DNA of 53,084 bases from an uncultured bacterium (GTDB lineage: Bacteria; Acidobacteriota; Polarisedimenticolia; CBDVAL01), in the NCBI GenBank assembly GCA_965371955.1, contig CBDVAL010000001.1:1-53084 (forward strand), written 5' to 3'. The notes below the pieces were generated by a model. That model had not been told where the DNA came from. It ran no database searches and was given only the letters and a program-made list of their open reading frames with translations. How positions within the stretch are numbered: the first letter of the stretch is position 1; each line of letters begins with the position of its first letter. The position numbers and the translations under genes are program-made. This document shows positions 26,801 through 33,983 of this stretch, in pieces.

Positions 26801-29800
26801 CCCTGGTCTTCCTGCCCGGCCAGGTGCAGGCCTTCGACGGCAGGCTGATCCTGGACAGCAACGATCCGAACGCCTCCCACCTGGAGATCATCCTGCGCGG
26901 CACGGGCGTGGATCTGCCGCAAGTGGGTGTGGACCCGCCGGGCCTGCAGGCAACCGTGAACGCGGGCAACCGCGAACAGCAGACGCTGCGCATCCTGAAC
27001 ACCGGAGGCGGCCCGCTGGAGTTCTCCGTGACGCTGGAGAGCGCGGACAATGGGGTTCCGCCGTCGGACTACGCGCTCCTGGTCGTATCGTCCGGGATCG
27101 TGCCGGCGGGCAGCCACGCGGAGGTGCCGCTGGTGTTGCACGGCCAGGGGGTGCCGCCCGGCGAGTATCTTGCGCGCATCGTCGTCGCCAGCAATGACCT
27201 GCAACTCCCCCGGCTGGAGGTCCCCGTGACATTGAACATCGTGGGCGCCGCCAACCTGCAGCTCGGGGGCGAGGAGACCACGCAGGAGTCGCGACAGGAA
27301 TACGTGGACGCGGGTGCCTTCACCGAGCATGCCTTTGCCCTGCAGGAGGACCTGGTGGGACCGGTCCTGCTGGAGCTGGAGTCCAGCGGTGACTTCGGCA
27401 ACAGCGTCGAGAATGCCGTGGTGAACATCGAGGGAACCGTGGCCGGTTCCGCCGGAAACTTCGGAGAGGACTGCATCTCCTGGACACGATCGTTCGTCGT
27501 CTCCCGGGCGGAGATGGAACCAATCCGTATCGATGGACGGCTGGAGGTACGAGTGGAGAACACCGCCGCCGTGGATCCCCGGTGTCCGGACAACGATCAC
27601 ATCGTGCGCTTGCGGACGGTGGCTCCCCTGCAGCGGCTGGACTTCGGCTCGGTGATCGTGTCCACGGCACAGGGACGGACGATCCTGGTGGACAACAGCG
27701 GCAGCACGGCTCTGGAGGTGACTTCCATCAGCAGCACCGCGCCTGAATTCTCCACCTCCTCGAACTCGCTGGTGGTGGCTCCCGGCGCCTCGGAAGCCCT
27801 CACCGTGTTCTTCTCGCCGCCGTCCGAAGGCACCTTCGATGCCGTGATGCTCGTCGACAGCAACGACCCCGACGGCGTCCTGGAGATACCGCTCTCCGGC
27901 AGCGGCATCGGAGCTCCGCGCATCACGGTGGATCCGACGCTGCTGTTCACCACGGTGGCCCAACAGGAGGAGGCGACTCTGGCCGTGCAGATCTCCAACG
28001 GTGGTTCCGGCCCGCTGGAGTTCCGCATCGAGATCCCGTCCGCGGGTGACGCGTTCGCGCAAGCCGTCCCCGCCATGGGTACGGTGCCGCCGGGCTCCAC
28101 CACCGAGGTCGGCGTACGCTTCCTGGCCGGCAGCCTGGAGGCGGGATTCCACCTTTCCGAGTTGCAGATCCTCAGCAATGACCCGGACACGCCGGCCGTC
28201 CTGGTGCAGGCCCTGCTCTCCGTCGTGGGCGCACCGGACCTGTCGATCCGGGAGTCGCTGACGCTGCAATCGATCCAGGAGTTCTCCTTCCCCGGCGCGC
28301 TGACCCGGCATTCCTTCCCGGTGCGCAGCATGCCGGCCGGATCAGGAACACTGGAGCTGATCGTCGGCGGGGACTTCTCGGACCCCGCGGAATTCGCCAT
28401 GGTGCAGGTGCAGGGCCTGCCGCGGGGATCGTTGGGCAACACAGGGACGGATTGCACCACCGCATCCACCGACCTGGAGCTGACGCCGGCGGAGATGACC
28501 TCCTTCGGACAATCCGGCAACCTGGAGGTGGTGCTGACCAACACCGAGGCGGTACAGCCCATCTGCTCGGATAGCTTCCACAGCGTGGCACTGCGCTATC
28601 AGGCCCTGGTTCAGGAGCTGGACTTCGGCGAGGTCTTCCTCGGCGAACAGCGCACCCTGATGGTGGACTTCGTCAACCAGGGCGGTGAGGAGCTGCAGGT
28701 GACCGCCCTCGGTCTGGACGATCCCGCTTTCTCGATCTCCGGGGATCCCTTCTCGCTGGGACCGGGAGCGTCCCGTGCGCTGGAGATCACGTTCCGGCCC
28801 GATCAGACCGGCCCGCTGGGGTCCAGCCTTGCGGTGGAGAGCAACGACCCGGGCAAGGAGGCCCTGCTCACCGTGGAGGGGATCGGCCGGGAACCGCCGG
28901 TCCTGGAGATCGTACCTGCACAGCTGGAGTCGGAGATCTTCCAGGCCGATAGTGAAGTGCAGACGATGGTCCTGTCCAACACCGGCGGCAGCGAACTGTC
29001 GTTCTCGCTGGAGGTGGATCCCGCAGTCACCAATACGTACCTGCAGGTCGAACCCTCTGCGGGAACCATCCCTGCCGGGGGGGTCCAGCTTGTGACCGTC
29101 ACCTTCGACGCCGGGGAGATCGCCCCCGGCCTGTTCGAGACCATCATCCTCGCCACCAGCAATGACCCTGAGGGGCCGGCTGTCGCCATTCCGGTGGCGC
29201 TCACGGTGATCGGACGGCCGGTGGTGCAGCTACCCCGGGAGCGGGTCACGGTGGAGTCCGCTCAGTCGTACTTCCTGCAGGGAGATCGAACCTTCCACCA
29301 GCTGCCCATCACCGTTCCCCCCGCCGGAGACGGCATGTTCTTCATCACTGCAGACGGGGACTTCGGGCTGCCGGCCGAGATCGCGAGCGCCTCCGCCGAG
29401 GGGCGCTTCCTCACCAGTGTGGGCGGTCTGGGCCGGGATTGCACGGCGGGCACCGGCGTCGCCCCGATCCTGTTGGCCGACCTGCAAGCCCTGGCGGCGG
29501 ATGGCATGGTGGAGCTGGAGGTGGAGAACAGCCCGGTGGTGGAGGCCAAGTGTGAAGTGGACCAGCACCGTATCCGGCTGGTGTACGACGGCGAACCCTT
29601 CTTGCTGGACTTCGGCACGGTGTTCGTGGGCGTGGAGAAGGAACATCCGTTCCTGGTCTCGAACTCGGGCTCCGGCGTTCTGGAGATCGCATCGGCCGCC
29701 ACGGACTCGCCGGAGGTGACCGTGATTGGCCTGCCCGCCACCATCCTACCGGGTGAATCGGCGGAGATCCTGGCGGTCTACCGCCCCTCCACGCCGGGAC

Positions 29801-31212
29801 CGCTGGCAACTCTGGTTCACCTGCACTCCAACGATCCCGGCCGGCCCGTCACCACGATCCCGGCGCAAGGGACGGCTGCTGGGCCGCCGGTCGCCATGCT
29901 CGAGCCATCGTCGGTGCAGGCGGCGCTGCCTCCGGACGATCCTCGCGTGCGCGTCAAGACCGTCCGGCTCAGCAACACCGGCAGCAGCGAGCTGGAGTGG
30001 AGCATCAGTCGTCTGACCGCCCGGGTAGCCGCCGCCTCGTCCTGGGCGCCGGAGCCCAAGGGAGACGAATCGCGGAACGGTGACGGTCTGCTCTCCGGTC
30101 CTCGCGCGGCCCGGACCGGCGGCCCGGACCCCGACGGCTACCGATTCCGCGACAGCGACGAGCCGGACGGGCCGCTGTTCTTATGGGTGGAGACGGCCCG
30201 CAGCGGGACGGCCCTGGCTGTGGACGGGGACGACGAGACGTCGGAGCCCGTCCCGCTGGGGTTCGAGTTCCCGTTCTACGACGAGACGTTCACGCAGCTG
30301 CGCATATGCACGAACGGCTGGCTCAGCTTCAGCTCGGACGGGACGCAGTTCAGCAACCCGGACGCGCTGCCCAGCACCAGCCCGGCAGTCCCTCGGTTCC
30401 TGCTGGCGCCGTTCTGGGATGACCTCGACCTGCGCGGCGAGCGCCGCATCAGCTACACGAATGACGCCTCGCGCTTCATCGTGCAATTCACCGGCGTCGA
30501 CCGTTACGCCAGCGATGCCGACCTGACGTTCCAGGTGATTCTCTACCCCAGCGGCCGGATCCTGTTCCAGTATCTCTCCCTGTCCGGCGTCCAGGACAGC
30601 GCCACCGTGGGCATCCAGAACGGTGACGGAACCGCCGGGCTGCTGGCCGGCTACAATGACGGCTACGCTCACGACGGGCTGGCCGTGGAGTTCGCGCCGG
30701 TTCCCGAGTGGGTGCGTATCGAGCCGGCATCGGGTGTAGTGCCCGTCTCTGGCCACACGGACATGGACGTCGTGTTCACTTCCGCCGGTCTCGGGCCGGG
30801 TGACTTCCATGCCGTGCTGGAGGTGTACACCAACGATCCGGCTCATGAGACGCTGGGCGTGGACGCGGTCCTGCACGCCGCCCTGGTGCCACTGGACCGC
30901 TTCGAGATCCTTCCCAGGACGGTGAAGCGTGCGTCGGGCCGCGGGTCCATCCGGATGGACCTACAGCTCCCGCCGGGGTTGGACCCGCGTGACGTGCTCC
31001 TGCCCAGCGTGACCGTGAACGGGTCGCCGCTGCCCGAGGGCGTGCAGGTGTCGTTCCGTGACGGGAACGATGATGGCGTCGAGGAGCTCACCCTGCGCCT
31101 GGACCGGGAGTCGTTCCTTGCCATCGCCGGCGAGAGCGGCATCGTGACGGTCCTCGGTGAGGTGCGCGAGACCACCTGGTTCAGCGGAACCTCCAGTGTC
31201 CGCATCCGCTGA
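20836..31212 (+). CDS. Giant secreted subtilisin-family (S8) serine peptidase, about 3458 aa: I9 propeptide, S8 catalytic domain, Fn3-like domain, then repeated Ig-like (ASH/choice-of-anchor-D-type, SNDP motif) domains and an unknown module, with nested Kelch-like and NIDO-like domains
   Basis: Catalytic triad contexts: VVDTGIDYTHPDL (Asp), HGTHVSGIAGA (His), SGTSMSTPHVSGAAALL (Ser). I chose ATG 20836 because GAGGAGG lies 6 nt upstream and it yields a signal peptide (MVRSPHRGRKWLAWAVLIMVAAALLGTPALA). The track start is GTG 20779. Confidence 0.9.
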   Translation: MVRSPHRGRKWLAWAVLIMVAAALLGTPALAPGPPSSPANHPLPPHRPGEILIKFRHQASPSQRQAIRTDLGAGTRRQLLRGIEHLRLGRGVSIEEALERYRRHPHVLYVEPNYLIQVAVLPDDVEFDRQWGLHNRGQTEGTPGADIGAQEGWNISTGRRDVLLAVVDTGIDYTHPDLADNIWHNPGEIPGNGLDDDGNGFVDDVRGWDFVANDADPMDENGHGTHVSGIAGAAGDNGVGVAGVAWKVSLVPLRALDANGFGDVADSIEAFAYAISIGVRIVNNSWVAPHSQALEDAVQATEDADVLMVAAAGNFGFDLEVDPVYPASFPNDNIVVVTTSNDDDRRPFFASIGSASVDLAAPGVNIFSTVLGGSYGFNSGTSMSTPHVSGAAALLMSVAPNLPASSARRILVQTAEPAEAFSGLTVSSGTVHIGNALSSLDTMAPGAVDDLSVEESFSNSLAMSWTATGDDGEQGAALAYDLRIATTPLDEATFLTGTRIHGVPPPGQAGSRESFEIPDLLHGTSYHVALRAEDDWGNAGPVSNVVTATTLPAPSASLTPITFEASLFTGQSVGTVITLHNAGPGTLDWSIPPPHVIGPTGLEVENVAGVFPAAGRLAAGSAQEITVTLDALGLDGGLYDGTVEIESNDPARPQLLHSSQLTVIDAADMRVRGAQALLESTAPYFFGGGQTSHALPITLPVGGGGTLELAANGNFGRIHELATLHVEGLVLGPVGGQGIDCAPTTAGFPLSPDELQDLVADGVVEVVVQNTITVEVLCNINEHTVRLHYRGPFDHIDFGMVRSGQEREIPFEVENRGSLDLTLQLQLDGSGFSIPWTERTVPAGSTLEVPILFAPGAAGPVQGSLVLSGNDPDTPEFLTTLQGVGEAPPVLEINPELLESTLQAGAGGAHTVTLTNAGGESMDFSLELPAEASFLTAQPEAGIIAAGASQDVTVLLDSSGLTSGLHSAVLAVHTNDPDRPVADIVVNLTVLGGPRLVTSGDLDFGSVVVGATAGLALAVSNPGNDPLEIAAVDSSLPDVIASPASLVLMPQDSATITVQFTPSGTGAIDGTLTVLSNDPDSPATALAVSGSGQEAPSLQVEPVEIQATLLENRSESRVVTLSNAGTGELAYVLTLTPAEPAFASLDVSSGLVPPSSSANVSVLLDSTALAPGPYEAELHVTSNDPATPLLIVPVRLTVVGTPDLFLPGAALMLESQREFFDTNETTTHSLSLTVPPAGEGLVELTADGDFGASFETATASVDGQLLGSAGGAGQDCSVAVASFTLDADRLAELAGDGVISFQVQNSDEVAPFCIANLHRVRLSYRSAPDRLSFDPTFVGGRRDQPFAVENRGTASLEVSLGTDTPDFTPSAGSLSIAPGETRMISVTFAPGSAGPKSGNLLLDSNDPDMPQVLVPLQGMAEPAPVLSVTPPALDVILSEGGQSVGSLQLSNDGGNPLEFSIRRQLLPPVFSQGDPDHPTLGAVERTFQLLSPSPEPLSCIVEDDARGHLYGQAHQGDTFYRYLAVDDAWERLTTAPLNASGGCGAALLDDTVYTAYGFDSSALGAYDIEAGRWSMVDNPLILPSANIASDGERFLYIASGSQLLRIDPISGENTLLSRPPFAFTRLGGLRHSEGILYGHRGSGRTQAASYDIAADQWAILPQLSEGALLGGAFNPVDEEYLAYGPNQGQNLYRYSLRTGAWDATTIPFFSVGHGGMGWLTLPVPGVYFVEGQNGTGLARWVTGSLFASVSPSSGIIPPGSSQSVGVTFDGTGLAPGLHPMNLRIASNDPLRPETATPAELTILGTPELSFVQQALTVESGKLYFTAGGRTEHHLTLDLAPIGGATLALTLEGDFGQAGETATLMVEGLDFGPTQSDGGDCAPVTARFDLSAGNLAVLAADGVLDAEVQNAPGVELLCPVNRHTLRLFYNGKPEVDFGSSFLGVAVERSLTLANTGSATLEAHGLHTDRTEFSVTPQAVTLPPGGSSEISLVFLPGQVQAFDGRLILDSNDPNASHLEIILRGTGVDLPQVGVDPPGLQATVNAGNREQQTLRILNTGGGPLEFSVTLESADNGVPPSDYALLVVSSGIVPAGSHAEVPLVLHGQGVPPGEYLARIVVASNDLQLPRLEVPVTLNIVGAANLQLGGEETTQESRQEYVDAGAFTEHAFALQEDLVGPVLLELESSGDFGNSVENAVVNIEGTVAGSAGNFGEDCISWTRSFVVSRAEMEPIRIDGRLEVRVENTAAVDPRCPDNDHIVRLRTVAPLQRLDFGSVIVSTAQGRTILVDNSGSTALEVTSISSTAPEFSTSSNSLVVAPGASEALTVFFSPPSEGTFDAVMLVDSNDPDGVLEIPLSGSGIGAPRITVDPTLLFTTVAQQEEATLAVQISNGGSGPLEFRIEIPSAGDAFAQAVPAMGTVPPGSTTEVGVRFLAGSLEAGFHLSELQILSNDPDTPAVLVQALLSVVGAPDLSIRESLTLQSIQEFSFPGALTRHSFPVRSMPAGSGTLELIVGGDFSDPAEFAMVQVQGLPRGSLGNTGTDCTTASTDLELTPAEMTSFGQSGNLEVVLTNTEAVQPICSDSFHSVALRYQALVQELDFGEVFLGEQRTLMVDFVNQGGEELQVTALGLDDPAFSISGDPFSLGPGASRALEITFRPDQTGPLGSSLAVESNDPGKEALLTVEGIGREPPVLEIVPAQLESEIFQADSEVQTMVLSNTGGSELSFSLEVDPAVTNTYLQVEPSAGTIPAGGVQLVTVTFDAGEIAPGLFETIILATSNDPEGPAVAIPVALTVIGRPVVQLPRERVTVESAQSYFLQGDRTFHQLPITVPPAGDGMFFITADGDFGLPAEIASASAEGRFLTSVGGLGRDCTAGTGVAPILLADLQALAADGMVELEVENSPVVEAKCEVDQHRIRLVYDGEPFLLDFGTVFVGVEKEHPFLVSNSGSGVLEIASAATDSPEVTVIGLPATILPGESAEILAVYRPSTPGPLATLVHLHSNDPGRPVTTIPAQGTAAGPPVAMLEPSSVQAALPPDDPRVRVKTVRLSNTGSSELEWSISRLTARVAAASSWAPEPKGDESRNGDGLLSGPRAARTGGPDPDGYRFRDSDEPDGPLFLWVETARSGTALAVDGDDETSEPVPLGFEFPFYDETFTQLRICTNGWLSFSSDGTQFSNPDALPSTSPAVPRFLLAPFWDDLDLRGERRISYTNDASRFIVQFTGVDRYASDADLTFQVILYPSGRILFQYLSLSGVQDSATVGIQNGDGTAGLLAGYNDGYAHDGLAVEFAPVPEWVRIEPASGVVPVSGHTDMDVVFTSAGLGPGDFHAVLEVYTNDPAHETLGVDAVLHAALVPLDRFEILPRTVKRASGRGSIRMDLQLPPGLDPRDVLLPSVTVNGSPLPEGVQVSFRDGNDDGVEELTLRLDRESFLAIAGESGIVTVLGEVRETTWFSGTSSVRIR
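25222..26070 (+). other. Kelch/beta-propeller-like insertion nested inside an A-type Ig-like domain of the S8 mega-protein
   Basis: Five to six blades of about 45-50 aa (e.g. TFYRYLAVDDAWERLTTAP, LGAYDIEAGRWSMVDNP, AASYDIAADQWAILPQL, LYRYSLRTGAWDATTIP). They are inserted between ...NPLEFSI and ASVSPSSGIIPPGSSQ..., the two halves of an A unit. Confidence 0.55.
30010..30707 (+). other. NIDO-like (GYxFxDSDEP ... FPFY ... NGWLSF) insertion nested inside the last A-type Ig-like domain
   Basis: DGYRFRDSDEPDGPLFLWVE...PLGFEFPFYDETFTQLRICTNGWLSF...APFWDDL is inserted between ...SELEWSI and WVRIEPASGVVPVSGH.... Confidence 0.5.
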
Positions 31213-31265
31213 CGGCGGCCGGTTGCGAAGCGCAACCATCCGGCGCGCCGCCGTGGTATATTTGG
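31213..31265 (+). terminator. Candidate intrinsic terminator after the S8 mega-gene
   Basis: GGTTGCG-AAG-CGCAACC forms a 7-bp stem (31221-31237), extended by flanking CGGCGGCC / GGCGCGCCG pairing. A TATATTT stretch begins at about 31257, so the U-tract is not directly adjacent. Confidence 0.35.
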
Positions 31266-31311
31266 AACCCATTTCATAATTGTCGCCCGTCCCTGACCTG
31301 TGGAGATCGAC

Positions 31312-31821
31312 TTGACCGGATGGTGGCTTCGCCTCACGAGCAGCTGGCTGATTCCTCTGCTGCTGGCGGTAACGGCGGCACTGCCGGCGGTAAAGGTGGA
31401 ATCCTACGAAGAAGCCGGGTTCGACGAGTTCGCCACGTACGCCTGGATCCAGGGGACGCCCGCACGGCGTGAAGGGTTGGAGCAGGCGATTCGAACCGCC
31501 GTGGAGCTGGAACTGGAGTCCCGCGGGCTGCAGCAGGTGGACCAGGGCGCCGATCTTCTCGTGGCCACGCATGCGTCCCGGGAGGGGACCGCAGGGCTGG
31601 ACCCCAAAGCCTTCGTGTACGGCGGTGCCCCCTGGAAGGGATGGACCGACCACGGACCCATCGAGGGGGCCCTTCTGGTGGACCTGGTGGACGGCAAGTC
31701 GAAGCAGCTTCTGTGGCGCGGGTTGTCCACCAGCAAGGTTCCCGCGTCCACGGTGAAGGCCGAGAAGAAGGCGGTCAAGCTGATCCGCAAGATGTTCCGC
31801 GAGTATCCGCCGGGTCCCTGA
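31312..31821 (+). CDS. DUF4136 domain-containing secreted/lipoprotein
   Basis: ...FATYAWIQG...ELESRGL...ADLLVATH...GALLVDLVDGKSKQLLWRG matches the DUF4136 pattern. TTG 31312 has GGAG 6 nt upstream. The alternative start is GTG 31300. Confidence 0.65.
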   Translation: MTGWWLRLTSSWLIPLLLAVTAALPAVKVESYEEAGFDEFATYAWIQGTPARREGLEQAIRTAVELELESRGLQQVDQGADLLVATHASREGTAGLDPKAFVYGGAPWKGWTDHGPIEGALLVDLVDGKSKQLLWRGLSTSKVPASTVKAEKKAVKLIRKMFREYPPGP

Positions 31822-31822
31822 T

Positions 31823-32380
31823 CTAGACCTGCCGGTAGCGGAAGCAACCGGTGAGATGGTCGTTCACCAGGCCCACCGCCTGCATGTGGGCGTAGCAGAT
31901 GGTGGAGCCCACGAACGAGAAACCGCGCTGCTTGAGATCCTTGCTCATGGCGTCGGACTCCTTCGTGGTGGCGGGCACTTGCGCAAGAGTCCTCCAGCGG
32001 TTCTTCTTCGGCCGTCCACCCACGAACGCCCAGAGGTAGGCACTGAACGACCCGAGTTCCTTCTGCACGGCGAGGAAGGCACGTGCGTTCTTTCTTGCCG
32101 CCTCCACCTTGAGGCGGTTGCGCACGATGCCGGGGTTCTGCAGCAGCCGCTCCAGCTTGCGGCGGTCGAACCGCGCCACCCTGGCGACGTCGAATCCGGC
32201 GAACGCCTTGCGGAACGCCTCGCGTTTGCGCAAGATGGTCAACCAGCTCAGGCCGGCCTGGAACCCCTCCAGGATGAGGAACTCGAACATGGTGCCGTCG
32301 TCGTGCACCGGCACGCCCCACTCCTCGTCATGATAGGCCACGTAGAGTGGGTCGGAGCCCGCCCAGCCGCAGCGCTTCAT
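31823..32380 (-). CDS. tag: DNA-3-methyladenine glycosylase I
   Basis: MKRCGWAGSDPLYVAYHDEEWGVPVHDD...FLILEGFQAGLSW...ICYAHMQAVGLVNDH is canonical Tag over its full 185 aa. Only the 3' third of the 479-aa track ORF is real. Confidence 0.92.
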   Translation of the reverse strand: MKRCGWAGSDPLYVAYHDEEWGVPVHDDGTMFEFLILEGFQAGLSWLTILRKREAFRKAFAGFDVARVARFDRRKLERLLQNPGIVRNRLKVEAARKNARAFLAVQKELGSFSAYLWAFVGGRPKKNRWRTLAQVPATTKESDAMSKDLKQRGFSFVGSTICYAHMQAVGLVNDHLTGCFRYRQV

Positions 32381-33249
32381 TCCGAGCGGATGACCACCCG
32401 GTTGAACGCGCCGTCGGAGCGCAGCCGGTAGGCCGGACCGCTCCGCTTGCGGGCGTTGGAGCGGCGGTCCACCAGGTTGATGAAGCCGTCGGTGGAGACG
32501 CGCACCGGGGTGTCCTCGGGCACCACCAGCTCCAGATGGTTGAAGGCGCCCTCCAGGTTCACACGGACGTCGGTCCGGGGCGCTCCCAGGCGCAACGTGA
32601 GATCGTTGAAGGCCCCGTCCAGGTCCACGCGCGTGATCTCGATGGTCTCCAGATCCAGTTCCCCCCCGGAGAACGCGGTCTCCAGCTGCAGCGCCATGGG
32701 CAGGTCGTCGGCCACGTCCACATCCCAGAGGTGCCTCCTGCCGGGCAGGAAGTGAATGCTGCCGGACCGCCAGCGCCCGCCGCGCAGATAGACCCGCGAC
32801 GAGTCGCCGCGATCCGAGACACGCACGCTGCCGCGATTCGACGGTGCCGTGCGTCCCTGGAGCAGCATCCCCGGGGCCACCGAGCCGGCTCGCAGGTCCA
32901 GGTCCGCCAGGGCCATGCGCGCCTCCAGGCTCCAGGACTTCACCTCCGCGTCCCGGACGGCCTGCACCGTCTTCCAGTCCGTGGAGGGCGGTTCGGCGCC
33001 GCGCCATGCCACGTAACTCAGGGTACCCATGAGGAGCAGCGGCGAGAGCAGGACGGCCCAGGGCGCCTTGCTGCGCTCGAACATCAGGCGCAAACCCAGG
33101 GCAATGAGGAGTAACGGCCAGAAAGCCAGCGCATCCATCCAGAAGCCACGATGCAGCATGCCCTGCGTGGAAAGGAAGAAGAACACGCCGAAGCCGATGA
33201 AGCACAGCCCGCGCGAAGCGCGCCGCCACGCGATGCGTGACTCGCTCAT
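32377..33249 (-). CDS. LiaF-like / DUF2154-type membrane protein (cell-envelope stress module)
   Basis: N-terminal TM helices (GLCFIGFGVFFFL, ALAFWPLLLIALGL), then a repetitive beta-strand C-domain (LDLETIEITRVDLDGAFNDLTLRL...VNLEGAFNHLELVVPEDTPVRV). Its stop overlaps the tag start (ATGA). Confidence 0.65.
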   Translation of the reverse strand: MSESRIAWRRASRGLCFIGFGVFFFLSTQGMLHRGFWMDALAFWPLLLIALGLRLMFERSKAPWAVLLSPLLLMGTLSYVAWRGAEPPSTDWKTVQAVRDAEVKSWSLEARMALADLDLRAGSVAPGMLLQGRTAPSNRGSVRVSDRGDSSRVYLRGGRWRSGSIHFLPGRRHLWDVDVADDLPMALQLETAFSGGELDLETIEITRVDLDGAFNDLTLRLGAPRTDVRVNLEGAFNHLELVVPEDTPVRVSTDGFINLVDRRSNARKRSGPAYRLRSDGAFNRVVIRSE

Positions 33250-33731
33250 GCCCTCTCCTCACGGGAGCGCATCAGCATCGACACGCCGATGGCCACCAGG
33301 ATCAGAGGCCACAGGTTTCCGAAGCGCAACCAGTGCGGCCAGTGGAACATCCAGGAGAATCGATCCAGCAGGAACACCAACCCCAGGACGATGAGGACGA
33401 CCCCGCCAATCATGCGGCCGCGGCCCGAGTCCCTCACCTCCCGGACCTCGTCGGCAACTCTCTCTCCAGCCGCGCGCACCTGCTCCCCGGCCGCGCGCAC
33501 CTCTTCCGCCACCTTCTCTCCGGTGGGCGTCTGCTGCGGAACACCTTCTTCATTGGTCGGCATGATCACCCAGCAAATGATGTAGAAAAGGAGCCCGATG
33601 CCGTTGGCCAGGCACAGGAGAACGAAGCCCAAGCGTACCAGCACCGGGTCCACGTTGAAATAGTCGGCGAAGCCGGCGGCCACACCGCCGACCACCGCCT
33701 TGCGTCGATTCCTTGTCAGGCGTTGAGCCAT
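33246..33731 (-). CDS. PspC domain-containing membrane protein
   Basis: MAQRLTRNRRKAVVGGVAAGFADYFNVDPVLVRLGFVLLCLANGIGLLFYIICWVIMP is a canonical PspC domain. Its stop overlaps the liaF-like start. Confidence 0.85.
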   Translation of the reverse strand: MAQRLTRNRRKAVVGGVAAGFADYFNVDPVLVRLGFVLLCLANGIGLLFYIICWVIMPTNEEGVPQQTPTGEKVAEEVRAAGEQVRAAGERVADEVREVRDSGRGRMIGGVVLIVLGLVFLLDRFSWMFHWPHWLRFGNLWPLILVAIGVSMLMRSREERA

Positions 33732-33983
33732 GTTCCCCCCTTCAGCGACAGGTGCCCCTGCCAAGGGGGGCCGTCACTCCAGTCTACGAAATCCGGACCA
33801 CGGACGTTGCATGGACTCCTCCGCGAACCCAGCCGGAGGCGCAAAATCGGTGCAAAACAAGGGTTTCTCGGGCCGGCCGGGTTCTGCTATTCTGGGCCCG
33901 AGGCGGGAGATCCTGCTGAAATCGGTTCTCTTGCTGCTCCTGGCCGGCTACGTCTACTCTTCACTGTTTTCAGGGGGTGGTTG

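Larger units (their letters stand above)
22487..30882 (+). repeat. In-frame coding macro-repeat array (A-B-C domain triplets) inside the S8 mega-gene
   Basis: The B modules lie at 22828-23211, 24436-24813, 26248-26625, 27247-27621, 28231-28605 and 29215-29592. The last four starts are spaced 999, 984 and 984 nt apart. The A and C units each end in an SNDPxxP motif. Confidence 0.8.

Noticed and set aside
22487-30882. Regularly spaced repeats considered as a possible CRISPR or other non-coding array.
   Set aside because: The period is about 984 nt. The copies are diverged at the DNA level but conserved at the protein level, and they lie in one uninterrupted reading frame. They are coding domain repeats.
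32381-33262. N-terminal two thirds of the 479-aa track ORF 31823-33262, which looks like a large fusion protein ending in Tag.
   Set aside because: Only the last 185 codons (from MKRCGWAG...) are Tag. The upstream part is low-complexity and overlaps, in another frame, the well-formed LiaF-like gene, which is translationally coupled to the tag ATG.
33237-33983. First 249 codons of the 388-aa track ORF 33237-34403.
   Set aside because: This part runs antisense to the PspC-domain gene and across an intergenic region, with a Pro/His/Arg-rich nonsense composition. The recognisable YjbQ protein starts at ATG 33984.
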